Positions 1-9,119 of a stretch of 27,611 nt of DNA are shown here, piece by piece. The translations under genes and the position numbers were made by a program. The DNA is from a virus (taxonomy: Duplodnaviria > Caudoviricetes). Where the stretch lies: the IMG/VR virus record IMGVR_UViG_3300027586_000039, positions 1 through 27,611 of that record. One strand, given 5' to 3'. The notes beneath the pieces were generated by a model. That model saw only the letters and a list, made by a program, of their open reading frames with translations, made no database searches and was not told the origin of the DNA. The first letter of the stretch is position 1. Each line of letters begins with the position of its first letter.

Positions 1-1
1 C

Positions 2-514
2 AGTACCAGCAATTGAAACTTCTCCAGTGCCAATTCTAATAACGTCTAGCCTTTGTCCTGACACAAAAGGAACAGAACTGTTTAGTGGTATTGTAACTGT
101 TAGGTTTGATGATGAGTTAACGGTAATTGTTTTTCCAGCATCTATTAATCCTAAAGTGTAATCTGCAACCTTTGCTGATAGGTCTGCAGAATCTGTTACT
201 GATCTCCAAAGACCATTGTAATAATATTGAACTTGATTAATCTGAACACCTATATCTGTTTGTCTAACAAAACAAACAATTCCATCTGAAGGAGATGTTA
301 TTACTGCATCTCTTGCTGTTGGATTTAGAAAATTATTTACTCCTGCTTTTGCTTTTACAACTTGATCAAATGTAACTGAATTAGATACAAAAGAGTGTGT
401 TCCAGTCCATTGATAATTTGCAGAAGTGTTTGTTGTTCCTGCTACTGGATACCAGGTGTCAGTTTGTGTGTCATAAATATATGCTACTTTTCCATTAGAA
501 CTAATCGTTGCCAT
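2..514 (-). CDS. Putative tail fibre/virion structural protein (3'-truncated by window edge)
   Basis: Manually translated open frame MATISSNGKVAYIYDTQTDTWYPV...DYTLGLIDAGKTITVNSSSNLTVTIP...; beta-rich, Thr/Ser-rich, typical of phage tail-fibre domains; missing from ORF track because it has no stop in the window. Confidence 0.7.
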   Translation of the reverse strand, partial: MATISSNGKVAYIYDTQTDTWYPVAGTTNTSANYQWTGTHSFVSNSVTFDQVVKAKAGVNNFLNPTARDAVITSPSDGIVCFVRQTDIGVQINQVQYYYNGLWRSVTDSADLSAKVADYTLGLIDAGKTITVNSSSNLTVTIPLNSSVPFVSGQRLDVIRIGTGEVSIAGT

Positions 515-626
515 CTGATGTCAACCCCAACTCTCTTAACTCTTCTTCTGTAAATCCAAGTGCAACAAATTTAGCAATTGCTCTTTCTTTAATTATAGTA
601 TAGTAAGATTCTTCTTTTTTTGTCAT
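501..626 (-). CDS. Small hypothetical protein (41 aa)
   Basis: MTKKEESYYTIIKERAIAKFVALGFTEEELRELGLTSDGND; ATGA overlap with the upstream gene's stop. Confidence 0.6.
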   Translation of the reverse strand: MTKKEESYYTIIKERAIAKFVALGFTEEELRELGLTSDGND

Positions 627-1060
627 GCGCCTAATTCTCTCCAAGCAGTTCCTGAATAAACATACATTGTTAATGGAAATGAGTCAGAATCAACCCAAAG
701 TAATCCTGCTGTTAAATTTTCTGTTGGTTCGGATGCCTGATATCTTGATGTTGGTAAATCTGCAATTGCAGTTGGAGACAAATCTGATTTTACCCAAATG
801 TAATTATCTACTGGAGATGTTGGCTCAGTCGCTTGAAATGCTTGACCGATTCCTCTTGACTCTTCTCTGATATCTAATGCTGAAACTGCATCTTCTAATG
901 ACTTTATGTACCCTGCAACTGATGTAGCAATAACCTGAGACTCTGATGCTGGAACATCTGTGGTTCCATAATGATATAATTTTAAGGCTGCCTGAATGTC
1001 CGCTGCCTCAGAAAGTGCGGGAATTTTAGTAGTATAAACTGGTCCAATATCTTCAGCCAT
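623..1060 (-). CDS. Putative virion structural/tail-associated protein
   Basis: 145 aa; PT..P...WV.SD-like segments typical of phage minor tail proteins; GGAGG SD and TGGTATAAT upstream. Confidence 0.65.
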   Translation of the reverse strand: MAEDIGPVYTTKIPALSEAADIQAALKLYHYGTTDVPASESQVIATSVAGYIKSLEDAVSALDIREESRGIGQAFQATEPTSPVDNYIWVKSDLSPTAIADLPTSRYQASEPTENLTAGLLWVDSDSFPLTMYVYSGTAWRELGA

Positions 1061-1077
1061 GAAACCCTCCGCTAAAA

Positions 1078-1668
1078 TTATACCACATTAATGAGTAAAT
1101 GGACAGATCTTAATCCCTGAAGAGGTGTCCAGGATGTTCCATCAAATTCTGATGCCTTAATGTCAATTGGAAGAGACACAATGTCTCCATCTGTAAAGAT
1201 TTCTCTAACTGCAATATTTGAAGCAACCACATTTGACTCAGAATTTAATATAGAGTACTGCACATTAAACTGTTCCGCAGTAAGAGTAGAACTAAGACTT
1301 GATGTTCCAGTAATAGTTACAACTGGAATATTTATAGTTATTTCTCCATTTGAATCAAATGTTCTTTGATAGTTATTTGAGTAGACATTTGGAAGTAACT
1401 TCATAAGAGGTCTCCAAGTATTTGATCCAGCATATGCCTGATACTGGTATACAAATCTATACTCTTTATCTGGGTCTTGGGGGTCAATATTAATATATAA
1501 ATCTAATAACTGTACATCTCCATCTGGAGCATTACTATTTGGATTTCCTATACCAGTATAAATCATGCTTCCTCTTGGACCTTCTGGACCAAAGTCAACT
1601 TCAACATTTACAGTTGTTGGGCCACCAAGTACAGTTAAATCATCTACTGCTAAAATTGGATTTGTCAT
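1078..1668 (-). CDS. Putative virion structural protein
   Basis: 196 aa; short GPEGPRG collagen-like motif followed by a G.G.P...DLYIN segment typical of tail proteins; within structural cluster. Confidence 0.65.
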   Translation of the reverse strand: MTNPILAVDDLTVLGGPTTVNVEVDFGPEGPRGSMIYTGIGNPNSNAPDGDVQLLDLYINIDPQDPDKEYRFVYQYQAYAGSNTWRPLMKLLPNVYSNNYQRTFDSNGEITINIPVVTITGTSSLSSTLTAEQFNVQYSILNSESNVVASNIAVREIFTDGDIVSLPIDIKASEFDGTSWTPLQGLRSVHLLINVV

Positions 1669-2072
1669 GGTGTATTTGAAGTTACCTGATCTGTTACTGT
1701 AATTATTCCAGTAAGTAGTGTATAAACCAAAGGATAGGGTGTTGAACTTTTTTGAATTTGAACATCGTATACATAGTCTGTTCCAGATGTCATTACTGCG
1801 CCGTCTGCTGGTCTAATAGCACACTTAACATAGGATCCATTGTCAGAAATTGTTGCATAGCATTGGTGCTGAGTTGGAAGTCCTGCAGTTCCTCTTGCTT
1901 CTGAAAATTTAAAAATTGCTGTTTGAGTTCCAGTTGTTGCTGAATCTAAATCTGGGCCCATGAAAGAGGTTAAATCAAATGCACTTCCGTCAGTAGATTT
2001 TTTTGGGTAGATGTTAAATTCATAGGTGTCACCCTTGTAGTAATTGATGTTAAGTGTTCCTGGAAATGCCAT
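1665..2072 (-). CDS. Putative baseplate/tail-associated protein (BppU-N-like beta fold)
   Basis: 135 aa; KGDT.EF...FDLT...YVYDVQI...LLTG.ITV pattern common in phage tail-associated Ig-like proteins. Confidence 0.55.
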   Translation of the reverse strand: MAFPGTLNINYYKGDTYEFNIYPKKSTDGSAFDLTSFMGPDLDSATTGTQTAIFKFSEARGTAGLPTQHQCYATISDNGSYVKCAIRPADGAVMTSGTDYVYDVQIQKSSTPYPLVYTLLTGIITVTDQVTSNTP

Positions 2073-2079
2073 AGTTTTA

Positions 2080-2805
2080 TTATACCACGCTGACGTAGAC
2101 AGATTTGAAGATTACGGATGCATCAAAATCTGTTCTGATTTGTGGAACTCCCCCATTACCCCATATTTGTTGATTTTCAATAAATATTTGCTGAGTAACA
2201 GATATATCATATACATTTTGATATTTAAAAGATCCTACAAGTTGTGCTATTTCTTGCTCGTGTGCTGGAAAAAATGTTCTTAGCCAAACCTCTGTATTTG
2301 CAGTAAAAGTTGTCAGTTCAATATTGTATGTAACAAATACCTGAGAACCAATTTTTATTCCTTTGAAATTAAGCATTCTTGAATGAGAATTCCACAGGCT
2401 TACCGCATCCTTTGGCAAAAATTCTTCATTGTTTTTTTCAGAGGTCATATATAGACTTACCCATCCATCTATTCCTCTAGTTGCTCCAAGTCTTATGTCA
2501 GATAAAGAGTTATTAAGGTATGAGGCCCATCCTGCTTGTTGTCCTGAAGATGATAGGTTGCTGAGTCCGTCTGCTCCTTTTAGCCCTCTTTCACCTTGTG
2601 GTCCAATGTTTCCCGTGAAACCTTGTTCTCCTTTTTCTCCATCTCGGCCATCTCTGCCTGGTGGGCCAGGTTGTCCTTGTGGTCCAGGTACAGGAAGAAA
2701 AGATAATGCATTTTCTTGATATGGAGAGGCTTGGCTTTGTTCTACTTGTGCAGCGTAAGAAGATTTTTTTGCACTTGGAAAGTCCATAGATTTAGAAGCA
2801 GCCAT
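2080..2805 (-). CDS. Collagen-like (Gly-X-Y) repeat protein
   Basis: Run of Gly-X-Y triplets GPQGQPGPPGRDGRDGEKGEQGFTGNIGPQGERGLKGADG followed by a globular C-terminal domain. Confidence 0.8.
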   Translation of the reverse strand: MAASKSMDFPSAKKSSYAAQVEQSQASPYQENALSFLPVPGPQGQPGPPGRDGRDGEKGEQGFTGNIGPQGERGLKGADGLSNLSSSGQQAGWASYLNNSLSDIRLGATRGIDGWVSLYMTSEKNNEEFLPKDAVSLWNSHSRMLNFKGIKIGSQVFVTYNIELTTFTANTEVWLRTFFPAHEQEIAQLVGSFKYQNVYDISVTQQIFIENQQIWGNGGVPQIRTDFDASVIFKSVYVSVV

Positions 2806-2825
2806 GGATACATTATCTCACTATA

Positions 2826-4310
2826 TTAAATCAGTGGCTCTATAGATGTAATTATTCCATTAGTAACTGTGACTAATCTACTATCTGGAGTTTCAAATGT
2901 TCCTGTTGCTCCCCCGACAAAAGCAGAAGTTTGAGCGGTATCGTCAGGGAAGTTTATTGCATCATTACCAAATTCCCACCTACTCTCACCCCTACTTCTA
3001 TAGACTGTATAAGAATTTCCTGCTACAAATTCATGAAGATTTCCTTCTTCTGACATAGCACTATAAAGTCCTTCAGTGTTTTCCTCATCGTCCGTACTAA
3101 TTATATATTTAGCATCGCTATTAGGACTATCTAAACCAATTAGCCAGTCGCCGTCGTGTAAATTTCCAGTTTGAACGCCAAATGGGTCAACACCAAAAAT
3201 AACTTTTATTGTTGTATTAGAAACTGTATTTGCGTTTTGTACTACTTGCTCTAGATTTGAATTTTTTGATCTAATAGTTACAAGACCAGAGTTGGAGTAG
3301 CCACCCATATCGCTTACTTCAACTCCAGTTCTTTCTGCTCCAAGGAATAGATTTGCAGTAGAAGCATCTTGAACTCCTCCTGCACGGATGTGAATATGGT
3401 TTGGATCAGTTGGATCAATAATGATATACTGATCTTGGTTATTACTAGAAAGTACACTGTAATCTGGTACAAGTTTAAGTGTGTCATTTCCTAATCCGTC
3501 ACCAGAAGAGGCTATAGGGTTTTCAATGTATCCTGCACCAGGTAGGTGTAATTGTCCCTCTGAATTCATTGTCCAAGAGTGAATTGTAGAATTGTCAGTA
3601 ATATCATTGGCTGTTGTAAACCTAATATCATCTGCTGCATTAAGATGAATGTCATCTCCTTCGCCAAGTGTTTCAATAAAGATATCATCTCCAGCAGTTA
3701 TATATAAATCGCTATCTGCTCCTGCTTGAATTCGCATTCTTTTATCGCCAGGTAAACTTATTGAACTTTCATACTCATCAGTTTCTGTAAATACAAAGTC
3801 TGCAATGTTTGCACTTCCAGAACCATCTGCACCTTTAGCAGAAACTAAAATCCACCCATTTGTTGGCGGAGAGTATGATGAAAATTGTCCATTAGGATGA
3901 TAGTAGGTAGATCCTTCAAATTCAACTAAAGATCCAGGACCATAATCAATTCCATTTACCCATGGACCAGTAAAGTTCCAAAGTGCATCTGCACCATTTG
4001 TACCGTTTGTCCCGTTTGTCCCGTTTGTCCCGTTTGTACCATCTGCACCTTTAGGAATCCAAACTTCCCACTGTGCAATGTTTCCAACTGGATCTCCAAG
4101 TTGTCCACTTGCTTTAGCAAGATATAGTTGTCCATCTGATCCTCGTACTACTGCAATGTCTGGAACATAACCAGAAGATGGATTGTAGTTTCCTAAATAG
4201 AAAATTCCAAATCCTGCACCGTCTTCTCCATCTGCTCCGTTAGTACCATCGGCACCTGGTGCTCCTGGTGTTCCGTCTCCGCTACCACCTGTTGATGTAA
4301 AACGTGCCAT
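2826..4310 (-). CDS. Collagen-repeat tail fibre-like protein
   Basis: 494 aa; Gly-X-Y runs alternating with small Trp/Tyr-containing modules; IRFPD..Q..A-like and VTVTNGIITS C-terminal motifs typical of phage fibres. Confidence 0.75.
   Translation of the reverse strand: MARFTSTGGSGDGTPGAPGADGTNGADGEDGAGFGIFYLGNYNPSSGYVPDIAVVRGSDGQLYLAKASGQLGDPVGNIAQWEVWIPKGADGTNGTNGTNGTNGTNGADALWNFTGPWVNGIDYGPGSLVEFEGSTYYHPNGQFSSYSPPTNGWILVSAKGADGSGSANIADFVFTETDEYESSISLPGDKRMRIQAGADSDLYITAGDDIFIETLGEGDDIHLNAADDIRFTTANDITDNSTIHSWTMNSEGQLHLPGAGYIENPIASSGDGLGNDTLKLVPDYSVLSSNNQDQYIIIDPTDPNHIHIRAGGVQDASTANLFLGAERTGVEVSDMGGYSNSGLVTIRSKNSNLEQVVQNANTVSNTTIKVIFGVDPFGVQTGNLHDGDWLIGLDSPNSDAKYIISTDDEENTEGLYSAMSEEGNLHEFVAGNSYTVYRSRGESRWEFGNDAINFPDDTAQTSAFVGGATGTFETPDSRLVTVTNGIITSIEPLI
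3997..4040 (-). repeat. 9-bp tandem repeat encoding (GTN)n
   Basis: About five copies of gtttgtccc/gtttgtacc on the + strand; coding collagen repeat. Confidence 0.85.
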
Positions 4311-4312
4311 TA

Positions 4313-4585
4313 TTATTCAAGACCTGTCTTAAGAACTGCAACTGATGAACCATTAACATTTGTTATTGCATATAGCGCATTTGTTCCAGGTAGTTCAACA
4401 GAAAATGCTGATCCTGGAGCAATACGATATCCGTAATCAGATGCTGTTACTCCTTCTGCGCCAATATATACATATGCTGATGCGTGAATGTTTTGAATTG
4501 TAATGTCCATTCCAGAATGCATTCCGTTTGGAGTTAATCTGGTAGCAGTTGTGCTATCAAGGGTTACGAGGGCATGTAGTGTCAT
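4313..4585 (-). CDS. Hypothetical virion-associated protein (90 aa)
   Basis: ITIQN....VYIG...VT...GY.I.PG motif typical of small phage beta-proteins; leaderless (TGATATAAT-N6-ATG). Confidence 0.7.
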   Translation of the reverse strand: MTLHALVTLDSTTATRLTPNGMHSGMDITIQNIHASAYVYIGAEGVTASDYGYRIAPGSAFSVELPGTNALYAITNVNGSSVAVLKTGLE

Positions 4586-4597
4586 ACTTAGATTATA

Positions 4598-4684
4598 TCA
4601 CTTATTTACTTTAAAGGTTTTGTTTTTAATTCTAATTACTGAAGGCAACTCAGGTCTTGGAGTTGTAACTTTTACTATAGCCAT
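4598..4684 (-). CDS. Small basic protein (28 aa)
   Basis: MAIVKVTTPRPELPSVIRIKNKTFKVNK; TAATG coupling with upstream gene. Confidence 0.5.
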   Translation of the reverse strand: MAIVKVTTPRPELPSVIRIKNKTFKVNK

Positions 4685-5064
4685 TATAGACTACCTGTAA
4701 TATCCCCAAGGACTGATATAGTTCCAATCAAAGGTGTCCAAATTGTTTCTCCGTCAATAGTTACTTGAAGGTCAAAAGTTAATTCTGTTACAACTGATTT
4801 ATAACCAGTACCCCATAATTCAGTAATAGATGCTGGAGCCATAATGTCTACATATCCACTTCCTGCCGTAACTTCCAGGGTATCAAGAGCATCAGACTGA
4901 GGATCATAAGTAGTAGCCTCAAAGGTCCAATCAGAGGTATCAAAATATGTTACTTCGTCATCTTCTAAAAATTCAACACGAAGGGGTGAGGTGTCTCCTC
5001 TAACGATTTGCCATTTAATTCTGGCTGGATCTGCTCCAAAAACTTCTGGACCACATGTATTCAT
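4684..5064 (-). CDS. Putative tail-associated beta protein (similar pattern to 1665-2072)
   Basis: IVRGDT...FDLQVT...GTISV pattern; TGGTATAAT just upstream of ATG. Confidence 0.65.
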   Translation of the reverse strand: MNTCGPEVFGADPARIKWQIVRGDTSPLRVEFLEDDEVTYFDTSDWTFEATTYDPQSDALDTLEVTAGSGYVDIMAPASITELWGTGYKSVVTELTFDLQVTIDGETIWTPLIGTISVLGDITGSL

Positions 5065-5089
5065 AATCTTGATTATACCATAAAATAAG

Positions 5090-5136
5090 ACTGATACCTA
5101 GATAGGTGGGTATGAGAGACAAACCTAGGTATCAGT
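5090..5136. terminator. Inverted repeat/putative terminator
   Basis: ACTGATACCTAG ... CTAGGTATCAGT stem. Confidence 0.5.
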
Positions 5137-5345
5137 TAATAAATTATACCATAACGGACAAAAGAGACATATAAAACCAATGATATTTAAAGTTACAAGA
5201 TTGTTATAATAGGTAATGTCCGTTTTGTCATAATAAGTCTTTAATGCCAGGAATTTGATAGTGTATACTTTTATATATATAAGAGAAAAGAGTATCCTGA
5301 ATTAGGGTTATTAAAAGATATCTTTATATATAGTATATAGCAAAA

Positions 5346-5612
5346 TTATTTATTAAGTTTGTCAATGTGCTCAAGCAACATTTTATACATATCGTCAATT
5401 TTCTTTTCTTGGCGATCTCTAGATTTTATAGAATCAATTCTCTGGTTGTCCAAAGCGCTTTCTAATCTTGAAATTTGATCCTTCATCGATGATCCAGAAT
5501 TGGGTTTAAGTTCGACGAGATAATGTTTAACAAGCCACTTGATTCCAAATCCGATTGATGATACAATTGTTAGAATGGCTACAATTAGCGAAGCCCAGTC
5601 TTGGATTGTCAT
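5346..5612 (-). CDS. Membrane protein, holin-like or lysis-associated
   Basis: N-terminal TM helix followed by ELKPNSGSSMKD motif and coiled coil, a pattern frequent in actinophage membrane proteins. Confidence 0.6.
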   Translation of the reverse strand: MTIQDWASLIVAILTIVSSIGFGIKWLVKHYLVELKPNSGSSMKDQISRLESALDNQRIDSIKSRDRQEKKIDDMYKMLLEHIDKLNK

Positions 5613-5644
5613 AGTAACATTATTATAAGGGGTATATTCAACAA

Positions 5645-6415
5645 ATGAAAACAGACATACTCAACACACTGGAGTATTCTAAGAATCTTATTATATCCCC
5701 TGACATGGATGGTTTTATGACCGCAAAATTATTAGAGCGTTTTAACGGTTCGCAAATAGTGGGGTCATACGATAAAAATATTTTATGTCTCGCCGACGGC
5801 ATAGATCCAGAAAATTGTTTGTTCGTCGATTGCGATATGAATCGAGAAGGGTTTGTATCTCTCGGAAATCATATGCGTCTATTGGATGATGCTATGTCAA
5901 GTAAGTCTTTCAATCCGAATGTACACTTCGGCGTATCGACATATACTGACAAGTTTCCATATGCAACTGCTTTTTTGATAAGTTTCGCAACAGAGGTTCA
6001 AACCTCCGAGCAAGACCTTATACGCATGGCTTTCGCTGATTCAACTCTAAAGAATATGGAAAAATACAGCGACAACATGCGAAACTGGTCTACACGGATG
6101 GATCATCTAGCAGTAAAGTACATTACAGACAATTCGGACATTGCGCGGGATAGAGATGTTCAAGCAAGATTTGACTATATAGATCAATCATTTACAAGCA
6201 AAAGATACGGCAAAGAAAGATACCTGGATACCCTAAATAAGGCCCTAGCAGACCAGGAGATGGCTTTTGAGCCTTTGGTCCAAGGTGTAAAGTATCTATG
6301 TGACAAAGTAGGCGTAAACACGGTTACAAGGTTTAGTCATGATATAATTTCATATGCTGAGATATTTGGTGGAGAGTATAGTGTTACATATGACCAAGAG
6401 GTGGTTTGGAAATGA
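5645..6415 (+). CDS. Divergent DHH-family phosphoesterase-like protein
   Basis: IISPDMDG (DxDG-like motif I), FVDCD (motif II), LGNH (degenerate DHH position). Confidence 0.5.
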   Translation: MKTDILNTLEYSKNLIISPDMDGFMTAKLLERFNGSQIVGSYDKNILCLADGIDPENCLFVDCDMNREGFVSLGNHMRLLDDAMSSKSFNPNVHFGVSTYTDKFPYATAFLISFATEVQTSEQDLIRMAFADSTLKNMEKYSDNMRNWSTRMDHLAVKYITDNSDIARDRDVQARFDYIDQSFTSKRYGKERYLDTLNKALADQEMAFEPLVQGVKYLCDKVGVNTVTRFSHDIISYAEIFGGEYSVTYDQEVVWK

Positions 6416-6612
6416 GTGATGATGTTACCTTCTTTGATTTGTTTGATCCTTCTCAGCCAAGAAGCGATAAGGAATTAATTGAGTCCCGCTTAAAAATTTG
6501 TAATGCATGTCCTGCATTTAGAAAACATACAATGAGATGTACAAAATGTGGATGTTTTATGAAATTAAAATCAACACTTAAGCAGGCTCAATGCCCAATA
6601 GGGAAGTGGTGA
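6412..6612 (+). CDS. Small Cys-rich metal-binding protein (DUF6171-like)
   Basis: RLKICNACP...CTKCGCFM..K.....CPIGKW; ATGA overlap start. Confidence 0.7.
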   Translation: MSDDVTFFDLFDPSQPRSDKELIESRLKICNACPAFRKHTMRCTKCGCFMKLKSTLKQAQCPIGKW

Positions 6613-6643
6613 TATAATGGTTATACAAGAGAAAGAGGAAAAT

Positions 6644-6892
6644 ATGACAACTGGACAATTTGATCCAAACGATTTTGTATTCGAAAATGAAGATCAGCAG
6701 AATCGTCGTGAAGAAATATTAGAAATTATGTGTGTTGCAGTTGAAGTTGCCAATAGACGACTAGCATCTCAACAAGGACAAGAAGAACTTGATAAAATTG
6801 AAATGTGGATACAGCAACAGCGTCCAAACCTTCGTATGATGAATAATGAGATCTATAACGCTCTCAAGGCTAATGGAGTGTTTAGTGCTTAA
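6644..6892 (+). CDS. Hypothetical protein
   Basis: ORF with AGAGG SD before ATG 6644; TGATATAAT upstream. Confidence 0.65.
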   Translation: MTTGQFDPNDFVFENEDQQNRREEILEIMCVAVEVANRRLASQQGQEELDKIEMWIQQQRPNLRMMNNEIYNALKANGVFSA

Positions 6893-7469
6893 TAAAGACT
6901 TTATTCAGGTGTACCCCGACTTTATTGAAGAGTCTGATATAGATAAACTATATGATTTTTTATACTCTAAGGGTCCTCTTGACACTAAACAAATTTATTT
7001 TTTAGAAACACTCAATGATGCAGAGGCTGAGATTGCTCCAAATTTTGAAATTGTTGATGAAGAAATAAAAAATATTTTACTTAGTTCAGAAAAAAAAGTT
7101 GTTAAGCAAATCGTAAGTTCTTATTTTCCAAAATTAGGCTATGAGGCAGATCTGCAATGGTCAAGACATTTAGAACTTATTCGTTGGAATCAGTTTGCAA
7201 AATTAGGAGACCATACCGATGCACCAGAACCAACAGATGAATGGATTCCTATTAGTGCATTAATTTACATTAATGATGATTATGTTGGTGGAGAAATTGG
7301 CTTTCCAGATTATGATATTAATATCAAACCAAAAAAGAATGACCTAATTGTGTTCTGTGGATCAATGAATCATAATGTTGGCTTGATTGGAACTGATGAT
7401 ACTAAGGATCAGCGTAGATTTACTATGCCGTTCTTTTTTGACTTTAAGATTAAGCCATATTCCGAATAA
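6885..7469 (+). CDS. 2OG-Fe(II) oxygenase (prolyl-hydroxylase-like)
   Basis: HTD...LIYINDDYVGGEI.F...H.V...R.T motifs; GTG start after GGAG. Confidence 0.85.
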   Translation: MLNKDFIQVYPDFIEESDIDKLYDFLYSKGPLDTKQIYFLETLNDAEAEIAPNFEIVDEEIKNILLSSEKKVVKQIVSSYFPKLGYEADLQWSRHLELIRWNQFAKLGDHTDAPEPTDEWIPISALIYINDDYVGGEIGFPDYDINIKPKKNDLIVFCGSMNHNVGLIGTDDTKDQRRFTMPFFFDFKIKPYSE

Positions 7470-7617
7470 ATTGTGCTATGTCATGTGATGCGTTATGGTA
7501 ACTACCGTGAAACTTTTCTTCAACTTGTTTTGCAATAACAAACCTTAGTTTCTGCTCAATCTGAAATAACAAAATTACCTGTGCTTGTTCTGGAGTTAAT
7601 TTCTGATCTTCATTCAT
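7450..7617 (-). CDS. Hypothetical protein (55 aa)
   Basis: MNEDQKLTPEQAQVILLFQIEQKLRFVIAKQVEEKFHG...; overlaps the stop of 7610-7804. Confidence 0.6.
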   Translation of the reverse strand: MNEDQKLTPEQAQVILLFQIEQKLRFVIAKQVEEKFHGSYHNASHDIAQFIRNMA

Positions 7618-7804
7618 TTTTACAACTACAATCTGTGCAACAGGTTTCTGAAAATAATTTTACAGCCAACGATTGATCTTCTTCTGGTCTTCCCAGATCT
7701 TGCCAAAAAATTTCTTTTCCCATTGCGTCGCTATTTACCATAGGCTTTGATTCAAATTCAAAATTACCATCCCAGGCGTTTTCTAGATTGTCTAATATTC
7801 CCAT
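7610..7804 (-). CDS. Small acidic protein with C-terminal Cys cluster
   Basis: 64 aa, ends CCTDCSC; leaderless TGATAGAAT-N6-ATG. Confidence 0.65.
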   Translation of the reverse strand: MGILDNLENAWDGNFEFESKPMVNSDAMGKEIFWQDLGRPEEDQSLAVKLFSETCCTDCSCKNE

Positions 7805-7871
7805 GGATCTATTCTATCATAAATCTGAATATTTTGTCCAGATGTATGATACGGTATTTTAAAAATAAAAA

Positions 7872-7911
7872 CAAAAAAAGATAGTGAGCACATATTTTGG
7901 CTGACTATCTC
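7872..7911 (-). terminator. Intrinsic terminator of leftward early operon
   Basis: Minus strand AGATAGTCAGC..GCTCACTATCT stem followed by a T-tract. Confidence 0.6.
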
Positions 7912-7997
7912 TCTTTGTTTTATTTGTTAGCAGTGAAGTGCTAAACAACTAAGCCGATACCTACACCGACCTAATCGTTTAGACACTACACCCCTGC

Positions 7998-8288
7998 CTA
8001 ACTAATTTTGCTTAGTATGGGTACTACCTTGCGATCTAGATAAGCCTTCATTTGTTTAGTTTCTTTCTGTTGCTTTAGGTCTATGTTAGCGATACCTAAA
8101 TCTTTTATCACTTTGCTAGTTTCTACTACAATAGTTTTAGCAAATGCAACACCTAATAGTTTTAATCCTAAAGGAATTGCAACTACTGCACCAATAACTA
8201 AAATCATAGTAACTACTGCACCAAAAATAAGGAAGTAGCCTATCCAATCAAATAAAACACTAAACGGATTGGTGAACCAATCAAACAT
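7998..8288 (-). CDS. Membrane protein (96 aa)
   Basis: Long hydrophobic N-terminal region; AAGGAG SD. Confidence 0.75.
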   Translation of the reverse strand: MFDWFTNPFSVLFDWIGYFLIFGAVVTMILVIGAVVAIPLGLKLLGVAFAKTIVVETSKVIKDLGIANIDLKQQKETKQMKAYLDRKVVPILSKIS

Positions 8289-8297
8289 TTATTCTCC

Positions 8298-8507
8298 TTA
8301 GTCTGATGTAGTGAGGGATGATACAGGGGTAAGTGAGTCTAGGTAATCTTGGCGTACCTTAGACATAACTCTATTTATTTGTGCGTATGCATTAGCACAA
8401 TTATAGCAATAGGTTTCTGTGTTGATACCTAACATAAAGGCATCTGTACCGCTATAAACCAATTCGGTTGAGTCGCAGTTAATTACTTGGCAGGTCATTG
8501 TGTTCAT
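8298..8507 (-). CDS. Small Cys-containing protein
   Basis: C....C and CYNC motifs; operon context. Confidence 0.7.
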   Translation of the reverse strand: MNTMTCQVINCDSTELVYSGTDAFMLGINTETYCYNCANAYAQINRVMSKVRQDYLDSLTPVSSLTTSD

Positions 8508-8511
8508 TTAT

Positions 8512-8616
8512 TTATCTCTTTTCTGTTGTGCATAAGCAGGGGTTGATTGTTATTTGTTTATTTTTTTGTGTAACGATTGCAAGGGTATTGCAAGATGAGC
8601 AGATGTATAGGTGCAT
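8512..8616 (-). CDS. Small Cys-rich protein (34 aa)
   Basis: MHLYICSSCNTLAIVTQKNKQITINPCLCTTEKR; TAATG coupling. Confidence 0.55.
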   Translation of the reverse strand: MHLYICSSCNTLAIVTQKNKQITINPCLCTTEKR

Positions 8617-8705
8617 TAGAATTCACTCTTATCTAGCATAGTAGGGATTAGTACTAGTATAGTGCATAGCACTGACAAGGCGACTATGATGATAGGGAGG
8701 CTCAT
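8616..8705 (-). CDS. Small membrane peptide (29 aa)
   Basis: MSLPIIIVALSVLCTILVLIPTMLDKSEF; GAGGAG SD, TAATG coupling. Confidence 0.55.
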   Translation of the reverse strand: MSLPIIIVALSVLCTILVLIPTMLDKSEF

Positions 8706-8881
8706 TAGATACACTCCTCACAAGGGCATTGTGGGAATTCTGCATCTTGCTTAATTCTATTAGCAAGGCGCATAACCTCTATGTATGTAGCAGGTGAGGC
8801 TCCTCTAAAGGATACTACCTTACCTTCGGCTACTAATTGAGCAGCCTTATTTATTTTTTGTTCTAGTGTTAATGTAGTCAT
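8705..8881 (-). CDS. Hypothetical protein (58 aa)
   Basis: MTTLTLEQKINKAAQLVAEGKVVSFRG...CPCEECI; GAAAGGTGG SD. Confidence 0.7.
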   Translation of the reverse strand: MTTLTLEQKINKAAQLVAEGKVVSFRGASPATYIEVMRLANRIKQDAEFPQCPCEECI

Positions 8882-8933
8882 TGTATGACCACCTTTCTTT
8901 TTAATGCGATTAGACTATCTAATCTTTTCCTTG

Positions 8934-9010
8934 CCTAGGTTATTTGCTGTTTATTTGCTACGCTCACTCTATTGCTAGATTTATTTGGTAGGCTCAACAG
9001 GCTCACTAGG
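8934..9010 (-). ncRNA. Structured leader/sRNA element, UGA-GC..GC-AAAUAA family copy 1
   Basis: Nested stems CCUAG/CUAGG, CUGU/ACAG and UCUA-GCAA-UAGA separated by UGAGC..CAAAUAA repeats. Confidence 0.5.
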
Positions 9011-9119
9011 ATTTATCTTTATTTAATTTTTCTTACTCTGTAAGTGTAACATAAAAATGTCGTACTGTCCAGTATACTCACCAGTAGTCTCACTATGTGG
9101 AGCGTGTACTATGTGATTT

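Noticed and set aside
625-4700. Plus-strand ORFs 625-870, 1160-1369, 2044-2283, 2429-2719, 4503-4700
   Set aside because: Antisense shadows of well-supported minus-strand genes
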